A DNA stretch of 64,000 nucleotides, from assembly GCA_965197745.1 (NCBI GenBank), contig CBDANS010000006.1, forward strand, positions 704,001 through 768,000. The letters are read 5' to 3'. Source of the stretch: Opitutales bacterium. Its GTDB lineage: Bacteria > Verrucomicrobiota > Verrucomicrobiia > Opitutales > PNEW01. Shown piece by piece: positions 53,728-63,186 of the stretch. Every line of letters starts with the position of its first letter. Position 1 is the first letter of the stretch. A model generated the notes under the pieces. It worked only from the letters and a program-made list of their open reading frames with translations, was not told the DNA's origin and ran no database searches. The position numbers and the translations under genes are program-made.

Positions 53728-55641
53728 CTACTCTATCGTTACCTCTTCCACAGTGACAGAGATTTCCTGACTATCTGCGTTTACGAATGTCGCAGCAATG
53801 CTCTGTGTCGGCTGAGGAGTGTTGTCGGACTTGAAGTTATTCTGGGAGATCAAAGTTTCAAATCCCGTCGTCGTCGATCCACTCTCCGCGATGACAACTG
53901 CGACACCGTTTGTCTGCAATAGATCGCCACCGGTGATACGTAATCCGGAGTTGCCGGCTGCAACGGTGAAAGATCCCTCACCAAACAAGAGGTGAGGTAC
54001 TGCATCGCCACTGGCTTCGATGTCGCCAACGGTTAAACGCACAGCGATCGGTACTCCGCGTGCATCGACGCCCACTTTGCCCGTGCTACCACTGAAGACA
54101 GTGTTCGACAGTTGCATCCCACCAATCCCCGTGGAGTTGATCACTTCTACCAGGGTGACGTCGGCTTTTGCATCATAGACCTGTCCCTCGGGGAACAGAG
54201 CCTGGTTCACCGCGTTGATTGATCCCACGGTGAAGATACTGAAGAAAGTATTCGCGTCAGCTCCGTCGATAACGACGCTCGGTTTTCCGGTCACGTACTC
54301 GACTGCCTGGTTATAGCGAGGGGGAGTGGCCTGGGGCAGGAAGGTGGCTGGATCGAGGGTGACGGTAAAGGAACCTGCACCCGAAAACTCTACCTGCACG
54401 ATGTCCTCGGTTTCATCCATGAAGGAGACGCGTGTGATTTGATTCGGTCTTGCCTGCAGCCGGATCGATTCTCCAGTGAGCAGGATCTGGTCAAAGATAT
54501 TGCCATTCGGATGCATGATATTCTCGCCCGCGATATCACCGGTTCCTACAAGGACCAGCGGCACGGACGGGGCTGCTACGGTGATGACCGCGGTATCACT
54601 ATTGGTGCTCCCTCCGGCATTGGTTACCTCTACCCAGAAGTTGGTGCTTTGGGTAAGAGCACTGATGGTGAAGGTGCTGCTCGTGGCACCGGCGATGGGA
54701 CCGGCGGTGTTACCGCTGTTTCCGGTATACCATTGGTAGGTGAGATCATCGCCGCTGGCTGCGACGGACAAGCTTACCGATGAGCCGGCCTCTACTTCCT
54801 GGCTCGCGGGTTGAGTCGTGATCGAGGGAGCACTGGGACCTTCCCCGTTATTAGAATCGGTAGTGAGACTAAATGCATAAGCTGCGCCTTTACCAGTTGA
54901 TGTGTCGGGAAATATGAATTGAAGCGCTCCCACTACCACCGTGTCGCCACTGATTGCTCCAGAAAAGCCAAAAAAGTCATCCACTGCCCCATCGCTGGCC
55001 AATAGCTTAGTTACTTGGCCCCAATTGCCGATTCCTCCTTGGTTGCGTTCATATACGTAGGTTGAGCCGGAATCGATACCGTTGTCATCGTCTCCACCAA
55101 CCCCAACCACCACCGTGTCGCCGCTGATCGCTACAGAAAAGCCAAAGAAGTCATGCACTGTGCCATCGCTGGCCAATAGCTTAGTTACTTGACCCCAATT
55201 ATCGATCCCCCCTTGATCGCGTTCAAATACGTAGGCTGAGCCGGAATTGATGCCGTTGTCATCGTCGAGAACCGCGCCAACTACCACCGTGTTACCGCTG
55301 ATTGCTACAGAAAAGCCAAAGCGGTCACCCGCTGCGCCATCACTGTCCAATAGCTTAGTTACTTGGCCCCAATTATCGATCCCCCCTTGATCGCGTTCAA
55401 ATATGTCGGCTGAGCCGGAATCGATGCCGTTGTCATCGTCTCCACCAGCCCCAACCACCACCGTGTCACCGCTGATCGCTACAGAAAAACCAAAAAAGTC
55501 ACCCTCCACTCCATCGCTGGCCAATAGCTTGGCCGACTCTTCAATTACTGTTGATTGGGCGTGTAGCATGTTAATTATAAACATACTTATCGCTAACAAT
55601 AAAAACGTAATGGCAGCGATGGGATTGCCCTTTAGGAACAT
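53728..55641 (-). CDS. Secreted FG-GAP repeat + Ig domain protein with conserved CTD (copy 5)
   Basis: Signal peptide; four FGFSVAISGDTVVVGA-type repeats at 174-bp period; PSITTQPASQ..LTYQWY; CTD 53728-54552. Confidence 0.88.
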   Translation of the reverse strand: MFLKGNPIAAITFLLLAISMFIINMLHAQSTVIEESAKLLASDGVEGDFFGFSVAISGDTVVVGAGGDDDNGIDSGSADIFERDQGGIDNWGQVTKLLDSDGAAGDRFGFSVAISGNTVVVGAVLDDDNGINSGSAYVFERDQGGIDNWGQVTKLLASDGTVHDFFGFSVAISGDTVVVGVGGDDDNGIDSGSTYVYERNQGGIGNWGQVTKLLASDGAVDDFFGFSGAISGDTVVVGALQFIFPDTSTGKGAAYAFSLTTDSNNGEGPSAPSITTQPASQEVEAGSSVSLSVAASGDDLTYQWYTGNSGNTAGPIAGATSSTFTISALTQSTNFWVEVTNAGGSTNSDTAVITVAAPSVPLVLVGTGDIAGENIMHPNGNIFDQILLTGESIRLQARPNQITRVSFMDETEDIVQVEFSGAGSFTVTLDPATFLPQATPPRYNQAVEYVTGKPSVVIDGADANTFFSIFTVGSINAVNQALFPEGQVYDAKADVTLVEVINSTGIGGMQLSNTVFSGSTGKVGVDARGVPIAVRLTVGDIEASGDAVPHLLFGEGSFTVAAGNSGLRITGGDLLQTNGVAVVIAESGSTTTGFETLISQNNFKSDNTPQPTQSIAATFVNADSQEISVTVEEVTIE

Positions 55642-56211
55642 TACTTGCTGGGTTTGGTTAGTTTGCTAACTTAACTTTAAATTAACTATAATTGAGGGTG
55701 CCCGGTTCCCGTTTTGCGTGCATGAGCCAAAGTTAGATCCGGTAGAGTGGTCATGAAACCAGGTTAGACGAATAATGTGACAGCGATAATTAATAGCCAC
55801 TGCTTCACTTTAGAAATTAATTAGCTTTTGTTCAAAGGCGACCGTTAGAGCGCACGACTTTATGATTTAAACAGGTGAATGGCAGAGTGCAAGTTTGCAG
55901 TGCGTCACTCTTATTACAAAAGATGTAGTATCCGCCAAAACCGATTTTATTACACTAAGGTTAGGGAAAGTTGACACCCCCCGCCCCCCCCGTGCAATTA
56001 ACTGGAATTAGATAGCTATTTTATTATTTATCTAGTTTTTCAGATAGGTTTGTATCCACCAGAAATGCACCGGGTCGAATTTATAATTCATAATTCATAA
56101 ATTCAATCCACTGTACTATTTAAGTTGGATTTCCCTAAGAGACAGCAGCGCTCTCTTCCAAGCTTCCTATTTAGTGATGGTAGGCTTCAGCTGTAGCGCC
56201 AACTTAATAAC

Positions 56212-57762
56212 TTATGGTGTAGGACGAAAGCAAAAAGAATAGAGGTCCGCGTCTTTGCAAACAAAACGCAGGCGAACGGGTTGTCCTGCCAGCTTGCCAA
56301 GATTTGAAGAATCCGACCAGTCTACCTTGCGCTCGATGGAGTCGCCAAAAACAGGAGGACAATCCGCCAAAGCAAAACCTTCTATCGGTTTGCCCGATTC
56401 ACTTTGTATTTCGACTTGGACACCACCAGCGGCGGAGCTCGAGAAGTTGATGACCATCTTATTCCCATCGAAAACAAGCGGCTTGGTGACCAGTTCACCG
56501 CCGCTAAGGGGTGCGCTGACCGAAACGAATCCATCGATGCGCAGCGTATAGCGGCGAAGCTGATTGCTGGTACCTGTCCAATAACTTTCAGTGGCATAGA
56601 GCGACAGCTCGTTCGGAGCGTCTTCAAATCTCGACTTCGTTTCAACCAGATGCCAGGCGATGTACTGGTTGCCGTAGGCCCAACTGTGCTTTCGCTCGAT
56701 TCCCGGTCGCAGAAACGCTTCATCCCATCGTTTGAAAGTATGTCCGTCTCGACTGGTCATGAAGAGGGCTTCGGTAACCGCGCTGCCGAAACGGGGATCG
56801 AGCCCATCCCCATCGATGTCGACAATAGGACCGGCTCGCTGCCGGCGTTTGGAAAATTCCGGCAGGGCACGTGTTGAGTCCGTCCATCCGCGGTCGATAT
56901 AGCGGTTAGGAAAGCCGACGAGGATATGAGGCGCGCGGTAGTAGGGCTTAACCTGGTTTGTGTAAAGTTGCTCTGGTTGAGAACCAGGGTATTCGAGAGG
57001 AACTGGATCGATCCAATTCAAATAGTCTTTCGAGGTCATCGTCATGATGTCACGGAGGTTATTCGGCCAGAAGCGAAAGTAGAGACGGTAGAACCCGTGG
57101 GCAGAATCCCAAAAGGCCAAGTTTTGCGAATCAAAAAAACCTGCACTGTCGAAGTTCGACAGTTCGCTTTTCGTAATGATCCTTTTGTCACTCATTGCCG
57201 TCCAGTGAATGCCGTCGGGCGACCTGTAGGCCAGCAATCCTTTGAAATCACCGGATACGCGTATGGCTTTGTAACGTGCATCGGGAGCAGCTTCTGGATT
57301 TGTGTCTTTGAACACCGCGGGATGTCCTGCGTCGACAATCTTGCTGTCAGCCCAAATAATGTTGTTCTGCTTCGACCCGTTGAATTCGACGAGTCCGAGT
57401 TTGGGCTTTCGCCAGTGAATACCGTCATCGCTTACAGCGTAACATGTGAATAGCGGATGCGGTATAGTCAACTTACCCTCGGTGGTGGTAAGCTGCCACG
57501 CCTTGTAGTATAAACGAAAGAGATCGTCATCTTGAAAGACGCTGTGATATCCGCTGCCGTTGCCTTCCCAGGGCTGGTCGTGCACGATCGCCACTTCCTG
57601 CGGCGTTGGATGTTGTAAGATCAGTCGGGCTCCATCAGACAACGCGTCGATCAAATAATCATCGACGAACAGCTCCAAACGCGAACCGATATCGATCGGT
57701 TGTTGGGCAATGCTGGAAATGACAGCACAAGTGAGAATGAGTGCTGTTGATAATAATTTCAT
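56212..57762 (-). CDS. Secreted beta-propeller glycoside hydrolase-like paralog without the Ig insert
   Basis: Close paralog of 46427 and 57803; reads NNIIWADSKIVDAG across the insertion point. Confidence 0.75.
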   Translation of the reverse strand: MKLLSTALILTCAVISSIAQQPIDIGSRLELFVDDYLIDALSDGARLILQHPTPQEVAIVHDQPWEGNGSGYHSVFQDDDLFRLYYKAWQLTTTEGKLTIPHPLFTCYAVSDDGIHWRKPKLGLVEFNGSKQNNIIWADSKIVDAGHPAVFKDTNPEAAPDARYKAIRVSGDFKGLLAYRSPDGIHWTAMSDKRIITKSELSNFDSAGFFDSQNLAFWDSAHGFYRLYFRFWPNNLRDIMTMTSKDYLNWIDPVPLEYPGSQPEQLYTNQVKPYYRAPHILVGFPNRYIDRGWTDSTRALPEFSKRRQRAGPIVDIDGDGLDPRFGSAVTEALFMTSRDGHTFKRWDEAFLRPGIERKHSWAYGNQYIAWHLVETKSRFEDAPNELSLYATESYWTGTSNQLRRYTLRIDGFVSVSAPLSGGELVTKPLVFDGNKMVINFSSSAAGGVQVEIQSESGKPIEGFALADCPPVFGDSIERKVDWSDSSNLGKLAGQPVRLRFVCKDADLYSFCFRPTP

Positions 57763-57802
57763 AGCGGAGAATTTCGGTTACAATGGCCGTTTTGTTAATA
57801 AC

Positions 57803-59689
57803 TTACGGCGTAGGACGAAAGCGAAAGGAATAGAGGTCCGCGTCTTTGCAAACAAAACGCAGGCGAACGGGTTGTCCTGCCAGCTTGCCAAGATTTGAAG
57901 AATCCGACCAGTTTACCTTGCGCTCGATGGAGTCGCCAAAAACAGGAGGACAATCGGCCAAGGTAAATCCTTTTATCGGTTTGCCCGATTCATCCTGGAT
58001 TTCGACTTGGACACCACCGACGGCGGAGCTCGAGAAATTAATGACCATTTCGTTCCCATCGAATACAAGCGGTCTGGTAAGTACTTCACCGCCGCTGAGA
58101 GGGGCGTTGACCGATACGAATCCATCGATGCGCATCGTATAGCGACGGAGTTGACTGCTGGTGCCAGTCCAGTAACTTTCGGTAGCATAGAGCGACAGCT
58201 CGTTTGGAGCGTCTTCATATTTCGACTTCGTTTCAACCACTTGCCAGGCAATGTAATTGTTGCCGTAACCCCAACTGTGCTTTCGCTCGATGCCCGGTCG
58301 CAGAAACGCTTCATCCCATCGTTTGAAAGTCTGTCCGTCCCGGCTGGTCATGAACAGGGCTTCGGTGACCACGCTGCCGTAAGGTGGATAAGGACCGGCA
58401 CGTTTAAGACGCTCGGATAATTCCGGCAGTGCACGTGTTGAATCCGTCCATCCGCGGTCGATATAGCGGGTAGGAAAGCCGATAAGAATATGAGGCGCTC
58501 GGTAATACGGTTTGATCTGGTTGGTGTATAAATGATCGGGCCGCGCGCCAAGGTATTTTAGACGGACGGGTTCGACCCAGTTCACAAAGTCTTTCGACGT
58601 CATCGTCATTATGTCGCGGCGCTCATCCGGCCAGGAACGAAAGTAGAGACGGTAAAGACCGCTGGTAGTATCCCAAAAAGCCAGGTTTTGCGAATCGAAA
58701 TAAGTACTTTTTACGTTTGGTTCAAAGATCTTCATTTCGCTTTCTGAAATGATCTTTTTGTCACTCATCGCTGTCCAATGAATGCCGTCAGCCGACTTGA
58801 AAACCATTAACCCTTCGAAATCACCGGATACACGGATAGCTTTGTAACGTGCATCCGGTGGCGCTTCGGGGTTTGTGTCTTTAAACACCACGGAACATCC
58901 GGCGTCGACGGTATTGAGAAATATCGGTCCAAACACGTTCCCGTCAAATCTGGGTGTATTTTCTCCGGAAATATTTCCTGTTGCGTCGTGGACCTGATGA
59001 TCGGAGGGATCGATTACAGTGATGATCGAGGTATCACTGTTAATATAAACTCCGGCTTTCGTTGTTATTTGGCCCCAGAAGTTTGTGCTCTCATTGAGAG
59101 GGCCGGTATTCAACGTGTTGCTGGTTGCACCTGCGATGGGCTTTGAAGTGTCACCCGGTTTGCCGATATACCATTGATAGGTGAGATCATCGCCGCTTGC
59201 GACAATGGATATAACTACGGCTGTGCCCGACGGCACTTCGTAGTCGGTCAGGTTGTCGCCAAACATGATATTGTTTTTCTTTGATCCCTTGAATTTAATG
59301 AGTCCCAGTTCGGGTTTACGCCAGTGAATACCATCGTCACTTTCGGCGTAACACAGGTATATTGGGTGCCGAGTCAATTCACCCTCGGTGGGGGTATATT
59401 GGTTAGCCATATTCAACGTGTTGTTAGCCAAGTAGTATAATCGATACAGATCACCGTCCTGGAAGACGGTGTGATAATTGCAGAGATTGCCCTCCCAGGG
59501 TTCATCGTAGACAATAACTACCTCCTGCCGAGTGGGATGGTGTAAAGTCTGCCGGGCCCCGCTGGACAACTCGTCGATCAAATAATCATCGACGAACAGC
59601 TCCCACCGCGAACCAATGTCGATCGGTTCATGGGCAATGCTGGAAATGACAGCACAAGTGAGAATGAGTACTGTTGATAATAATTTCAT
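57803..59689 (-). CDS. Secreted beta-propeller glycoside hydrolase-like paralog with inserted Ig domain + CTD start
   Basis: Same motifs as 46427; insert about 58910-59251. Confidence 0.75.
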   Translation of the reverse strand: MKLLSTVLILTCAVISSIAHEPIDIGSRWELFVDDYLIDELSSGARQTLHHPTRQEVVIVYDEPWEGNLCNYHTVFQDGDLYRLYYLANNTLNMANQYTPTEGELTRHPIYLCYAESDDGIHWRKPELGLIKFKGSKKNNIMFGDNLTDYEVPSGTAVVISIVASGDDLTYQWYIGKPGDTSKPIAGATSNTLNTGPLNESTNFWGQITTKAGVYINSDTSIITVIDPSDHQVHDATGNISGENTPRFDGNVFGPIFLNTVDAGCSVVFKDTNPEAPPDARYKAIRVSGDFEGLMVFKSADGIHWTAMSDKKIISESEMKIFEPNVKSTYFDSQNLAFWDTTSGLYRLYFRSWPDERRDIMTMTSKDFVNWVEPVRLKYLGARPDHLYTNQIKPYYRAPHILIGFPTRYIDRGWTDSTRALPELSERLKRAGPYPPYGSVVTEALFMTSRDGQTFKRWDEAFLRPGIERKHSWGYGNNYIAWQVVETKSKYEDAPNELSLYATESYWTGTSSQLRRYTMRIDGFVSVNAPLSGGEVLTRPLVFDGNEMVINFSSSAVGGVQVEIQDESGKPIKGFTLADCPPVFGDSIERKVNWSDSSNLGKLAGQPVRLRFVCKDADLYSFRFRPTP

Positions 59690-60044
59690 AGCGGAGAATT
59701 TCGGTTACAGATTGTGTCTTTGTGATTCTAAAGCATAGCATAAATAAATATCACCCTACCTGAGTGTAGTTAACCCTATCAATAAATCAAGAGAGAGAGA
59801 AAGTGAGAGCAAAGGAAAACATGGGTGTTATCATCTTTTTCAGACTTCTGAGTGCAGCGCCGTACTCAGGACGCTCAGATTGACTAACGGTCCGTTATCC
59901 GGTCTGGGCGTATACACACAATCTTTCACCCCGCCCCCATATGCTGAACTGGATGTTGGACAAAAATTTTATTCTTTATCTAGCTTACAAGAAAGTTTTG
60001 AATGAACAGGGTAGTATTCATAATTCATAAATTCAATCCCCTGC

Positions 60045-60121
<77 letters not shown>

Positions 60122-60211
60122 TTCGACTTCGCTCATGGCGGGCCATCTTTTCGATTCAGCAAGCTTTGCTTGCTTCACTCATGGCAGGTCATTTATTATT
60201 GATTATTTATC

Positions 60212-60297
60212 CATCCTGCCATGACTGAACACGAATGCTGTCTCTTTGATTTACGCGGCTATATAGTTATACCGAACGCATTGACCCCTGAACAGAT
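60212..60297 (+). repeat. Orphan copy of the 5' end of the PhyH gene at 61331 (match 61322-61407)
   Basis: MTEHECCLFDLRGYIVIPNALTPEQI versus MNEHERYLFDLRGYIVIPNALTPEQI. Confidence 0.92.
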
Positions 60298-60452
60298 AAT
60301 GAATCCTGGTCTTATGAAAACTGTAGTATTGGCTTGGGGTGGTAAAGAAATTGGCGTGAAACTTTTAGGAGCCGATGCCGATCGACAAGGAATGGCTCGC
60401 AGAAGAAGAACGAAAGCTGGGCAGCTAATCTCAGCGCAACCAGGAGCAGAAG

Positions 60453-61298
60453 ATGAGTAGACTGACCGACGCACATATCGAGGAGCTCAAACGCGAGGGC
60501 TTCTTTATCGTCCCGGACTTTATCAGCGGCGACCAGCTCACAACCCTGCAAGCGGCACAGCGGCGAGCCCTGCCGACCTACGAGCAGGTCAAGGCCGACC
60601 CCCCGCAGGACCAGGCCGGCCATAGCCTGCTGAAGTGTTTTCCGTACGAGGAGATGGAGCTCTACCGGGCTACTATGGACGAGGAGAGCATCGCCTTCGC
60701 CCGCAAATGGCTCAAGACGGACGACATTCACATGCGGGTGGGCTGCCTGATCGCCCGCTATCCCGGCCACACCAGCGGCGGCACGGGTTTCGACGATTCG
60801 GGCTTGCATATCGACAATGGTAATAACTCGCTATTGCCCGTAAGCGAAGACCTGCGCGAATTCGGCCAGATCGGTTTCTGGGTTCACCTCGAGGACGTGG
60901 AGGAAGACCAGGCGCCGCTGCGGCTTATCCCCAAGCAGCACGGCAAGGACATGACAAAATGCGTCCCGCTCGTGTGCAAGAGTGGCACCCTGTGCGTTTT
61001 CAACAACTACAGCTTTCACAGCGCCAGCGCCTACAACGGCCAAGACGGACAGCGTTTCACCTGGGGTTATGGCTTCGGCCGCGCCGACCACTACTGGGAG
61101 GGCTTCAGGCACTATACCCACCTGGGCAAGGGCGCGGCCGTATTCCAGGAGTTTATCGGTGGCCTGACGGCAGCCCAGCGCCAGCTCTGGCGCTTCCCCC
61201 CGGCGGGACACCCTTACTATACGGAACAGACCCTGGCGCTATTGGAAGAACAATACCCGGGGTGGGACTCGGACGAATACCGCCGGGTGATGCCATAG
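60453..61298 (+). CDS. PhyH-family dioxygenase
   Basis: EGFFIVPDF, LHID, APLRLIP, FHSAS; GC-rich. Confidence 0.8.
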   Translation: MSRLTDAHIEELKREGFFIVPDFISGDQLTTLQAAQRRALPTYEQVKADPPQDQAGHSLLKCFPYEEMELYRATMDEESIAFARKWLKTDDIHMRVGCLIARYPGHTSGGTGFDDSGLHIDNGNNSLLPVSEDLREFGQIGFWVHLEDVEEDQAPLRLIPKQHGKDMTKCVPLVCKSGTLCVFNNYSFHSASAYNGQDGQRFTWGYGFGRADHYWEGFRHYTHLGKGAAVFQEFIGGLTAAQRQLWRFPPAGHPYYTEQTLALLEEQYPGWDSDEYRRVMP

Positions 61299-61330
61299 CC
61301 ACCTGTGCCTTTGGCGATACACATCCTGTC

Positions 61331-62101
61331 ATGAATGAACACGAACGTTATCTCTTCGATTTACGCGGCTATATTGTTATCCCGAACGCATTGACCCCGG
61401 AACAGATCACCGATCTGAATGCGTTAATGGACGAACAGGTTGAAAAAGAATGTGACCCTGACGAAGACCTGCACCGCTTTGTCCACCTTTTGCATTGGGG
61501 ACAAGCATGTCGCACCCTGATCGACAATCCAGTAATTGTTCCGTATTTAGTCGAGCTGCTGGGCGAACAGTTTCGCCTCGACCATGATTACGCAGAGATA
61601 ATTAGAACAGGTTCAGGGAATCTCCCGAGAACGTTTCATAGCGGTGCCTATCCGTTCAACCCCGTTATGTATTATAACTATCATTCTGGGAGCATGTATA
61701 ATGGACTGACTGTCGTCGCTTATAATTTGAAAGATATAAATCCCGGTGACGGTGGATTTGGTTGTGTGCCCGGAAGCCATAAAAGCAATCTTTCGTTTCC
61801 GGAGGATTGGCGCGATATTAATAAAGCTCCTTCAATTATCGAAAAGATTACAGGCGAGGCAGGGACTGCGATCATTTTCACTGAAGCGCTTACTCATGGA
61901 ACATTACCCTGGCTCGGAAAAGGTGACCGTCGAACAATATTTTATAAATACAGTCCACACACACTTTCATGGGCAGCACAATACTATGATGCCGACGATT
62001 ATACCGATTTGACGGAACGGCAACGGGAGATCCTTGAAGCCCCCAATGCGCGCTACAAGGAGAGGAAAGAATTTTACCTGAACTACCCTAATAAAAAGTA
62101 A
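61331..62101 (+). CDS. PhyH-family dioxygenase-like protein with H-S-G triad
   Basis: FDLRGYIVI, FHSG, GGFGCVPGSHK, FTEALTHGT; start taken as ATG 61331. Confidence 0.85.
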   Translation: MNEHERYLFDLRGYIVIPNALTPEQITDLNALMDEQVEKECDPDEDLHRFVHLLHWGQACRTLIDNPVIVPYLVELLGEQFRLDHDYAEIIRTGSGNLPRTFHSGAYPFNPVMYYNYHSGSMYNGLTVVAYNLKDINPGDGGFGCVPGSHKSNLSFPEDWRDINKAPSIIEKITGEAGTAIIFTEALTHGTLPWLGKGDRRTIFYKYSPHTLSWAAQYYDADDYTDLTERQREILEAPNARYKERKEFYLNYPNKK

Positions 62102-62175
62102 TAAGTTATCGGCTGAAGGAACCTTCAGGGATACTTATTGGTTTGGCGATGATGGTTACTTTAATATTGCGCCGC

Positions 62176-63015
62176 TCACTTCCAACACTCTTCGGTGTAA
62201 GGCTCGCGCAAGAAAAGCTTTTTCCGCTCAGGACTTACGCTTTCTAACCATTCGGGAGGGACCGCCTGGGTGTGGCGGTGTGGCGGCCCCACCTCTTTGA
62301 AAATATAGTTAACAAATATACGGTATTCCTGTAGCGAATCTAACGGTTTTGCTTCGGCCGCGTGAATCGTTCTGGCGTTCAGGCAAACCATGCTTCCAGG
62401 GGGAAGTTCCAGGTGTTTCAGCTTCGAATCACCTCGGATCTTCTCGTTAAACTCCTCAAAATTACCATCCAGCAATACTTTCAGATAGGGGTCGGTCGTT
62501 GGCGTGTTCAAATGGCTTCCCGGAACTACTGAGAGACTGGTATCTCCTAATATAAAACCATTGGGATAGTAGAGCATCTGTACGTACCACTTATCCCTTT
62601 CTGCAAGGTTAACTGGATTATTGTGGAACCAATGATGATGATCCATATGAGCGCGAAGCGCTCCGCTACCGCGCATCTTTAAATGCATTGTTGAATGGCA
62701 AAAGTGATAATCATCGCCAATTATCGAACGCAACAAAGCAGTCACCAACGGCGCATCGAATAATTGATCTGACCATGGCCCCTTATTATCCCATGGCCTG
62801 ACATCCATTCGCAGTTCATTGGGGTCCTCATTATTTTTTTTAAAAAATTCAACGACCTGTTCACGACTGAGAATCTCATCCATAAAACCCTTAATGCCCT
62901 CATCCGTAAACACACCGGGGTATGCGACATACCCATCCCGATGAAATGTGGCGAGGTCATCGGCCGATGGCGCATCAATCTTAAAAATAGGTTTTATTTC
63001 ACTTAATACTTTCAT
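62176..63015 (-). CDS. PhyH-family dioxygenase
   Basis: FHRDGY, AHMD, VVPGSH, TIHAA. Confidence 0.85.
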   Translation of the reverse strand: MKVLSEIKPIFKIDAPSADDLATFHRDGYVAYPGVFTDEGIKGFMDEILSREQVVEFFKKNNEDPNELRMDVRPWDNKGPWSDQLFDAPLVTALLRSIIGDDYHFCHSTMHLKMRGSGALRAHMDHHHWFHNNPVNLAERDKWYVQMLYYPNGFILGDTSLSVVPGSHLNTPTTDPYLKVLLDGNFEEFNEKIRGDSKLKHLELPPGSMVCLNARTIHAAEAKPLDSLQEYRIFVNYIFKEVGPPHRHTQAVPPEWLESVSPERKKLFLREPYTEECWK

Positions 63016-63186
63016 CGGCTAAACTTAATATGACTATTCGCTTTATCTGCAATAATCTAAAGTAAGAAATTATCAGCTATAAATTCTAGTAGTGTTCACC
63101 CTGCATTTAATATTGCCCGTAACCCTATCCGCAATCGGATACCGAGAGCAAAGCTCGACATCTTTCCATCGAAAATCGAAAATTCC

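Noticed and set aside
13683..58420. Recurrent antisense ORFs (13683, 25055, 37832, 41604, 44793, 46496, 56404, 58007)
   Set aside because: Shadows of conserved sense-strand paralogs or repeats; no independent coding evidence
59882..59961. Possible gene-less attC (GACTAAC...GCTGAACTGGAT-GTTGGAC)
   Set aside because: Right half looks attC-like but the left arm pairs poorly and no cassette ORF is attached
60221..60460. 79-aa ORF as a real gene
   Set aside because: Only the first 26 codons are PhyH-derived; the rest looks like read-through into unrelated DNA
60959..61330. N-terminal extension of the 380-aa ORF 60959-62101
   Set aside because: Overlaps the 60453-61298 gene in another frame; the duplicated 5' fragment at 60221 marks ATG 61331 as the real start
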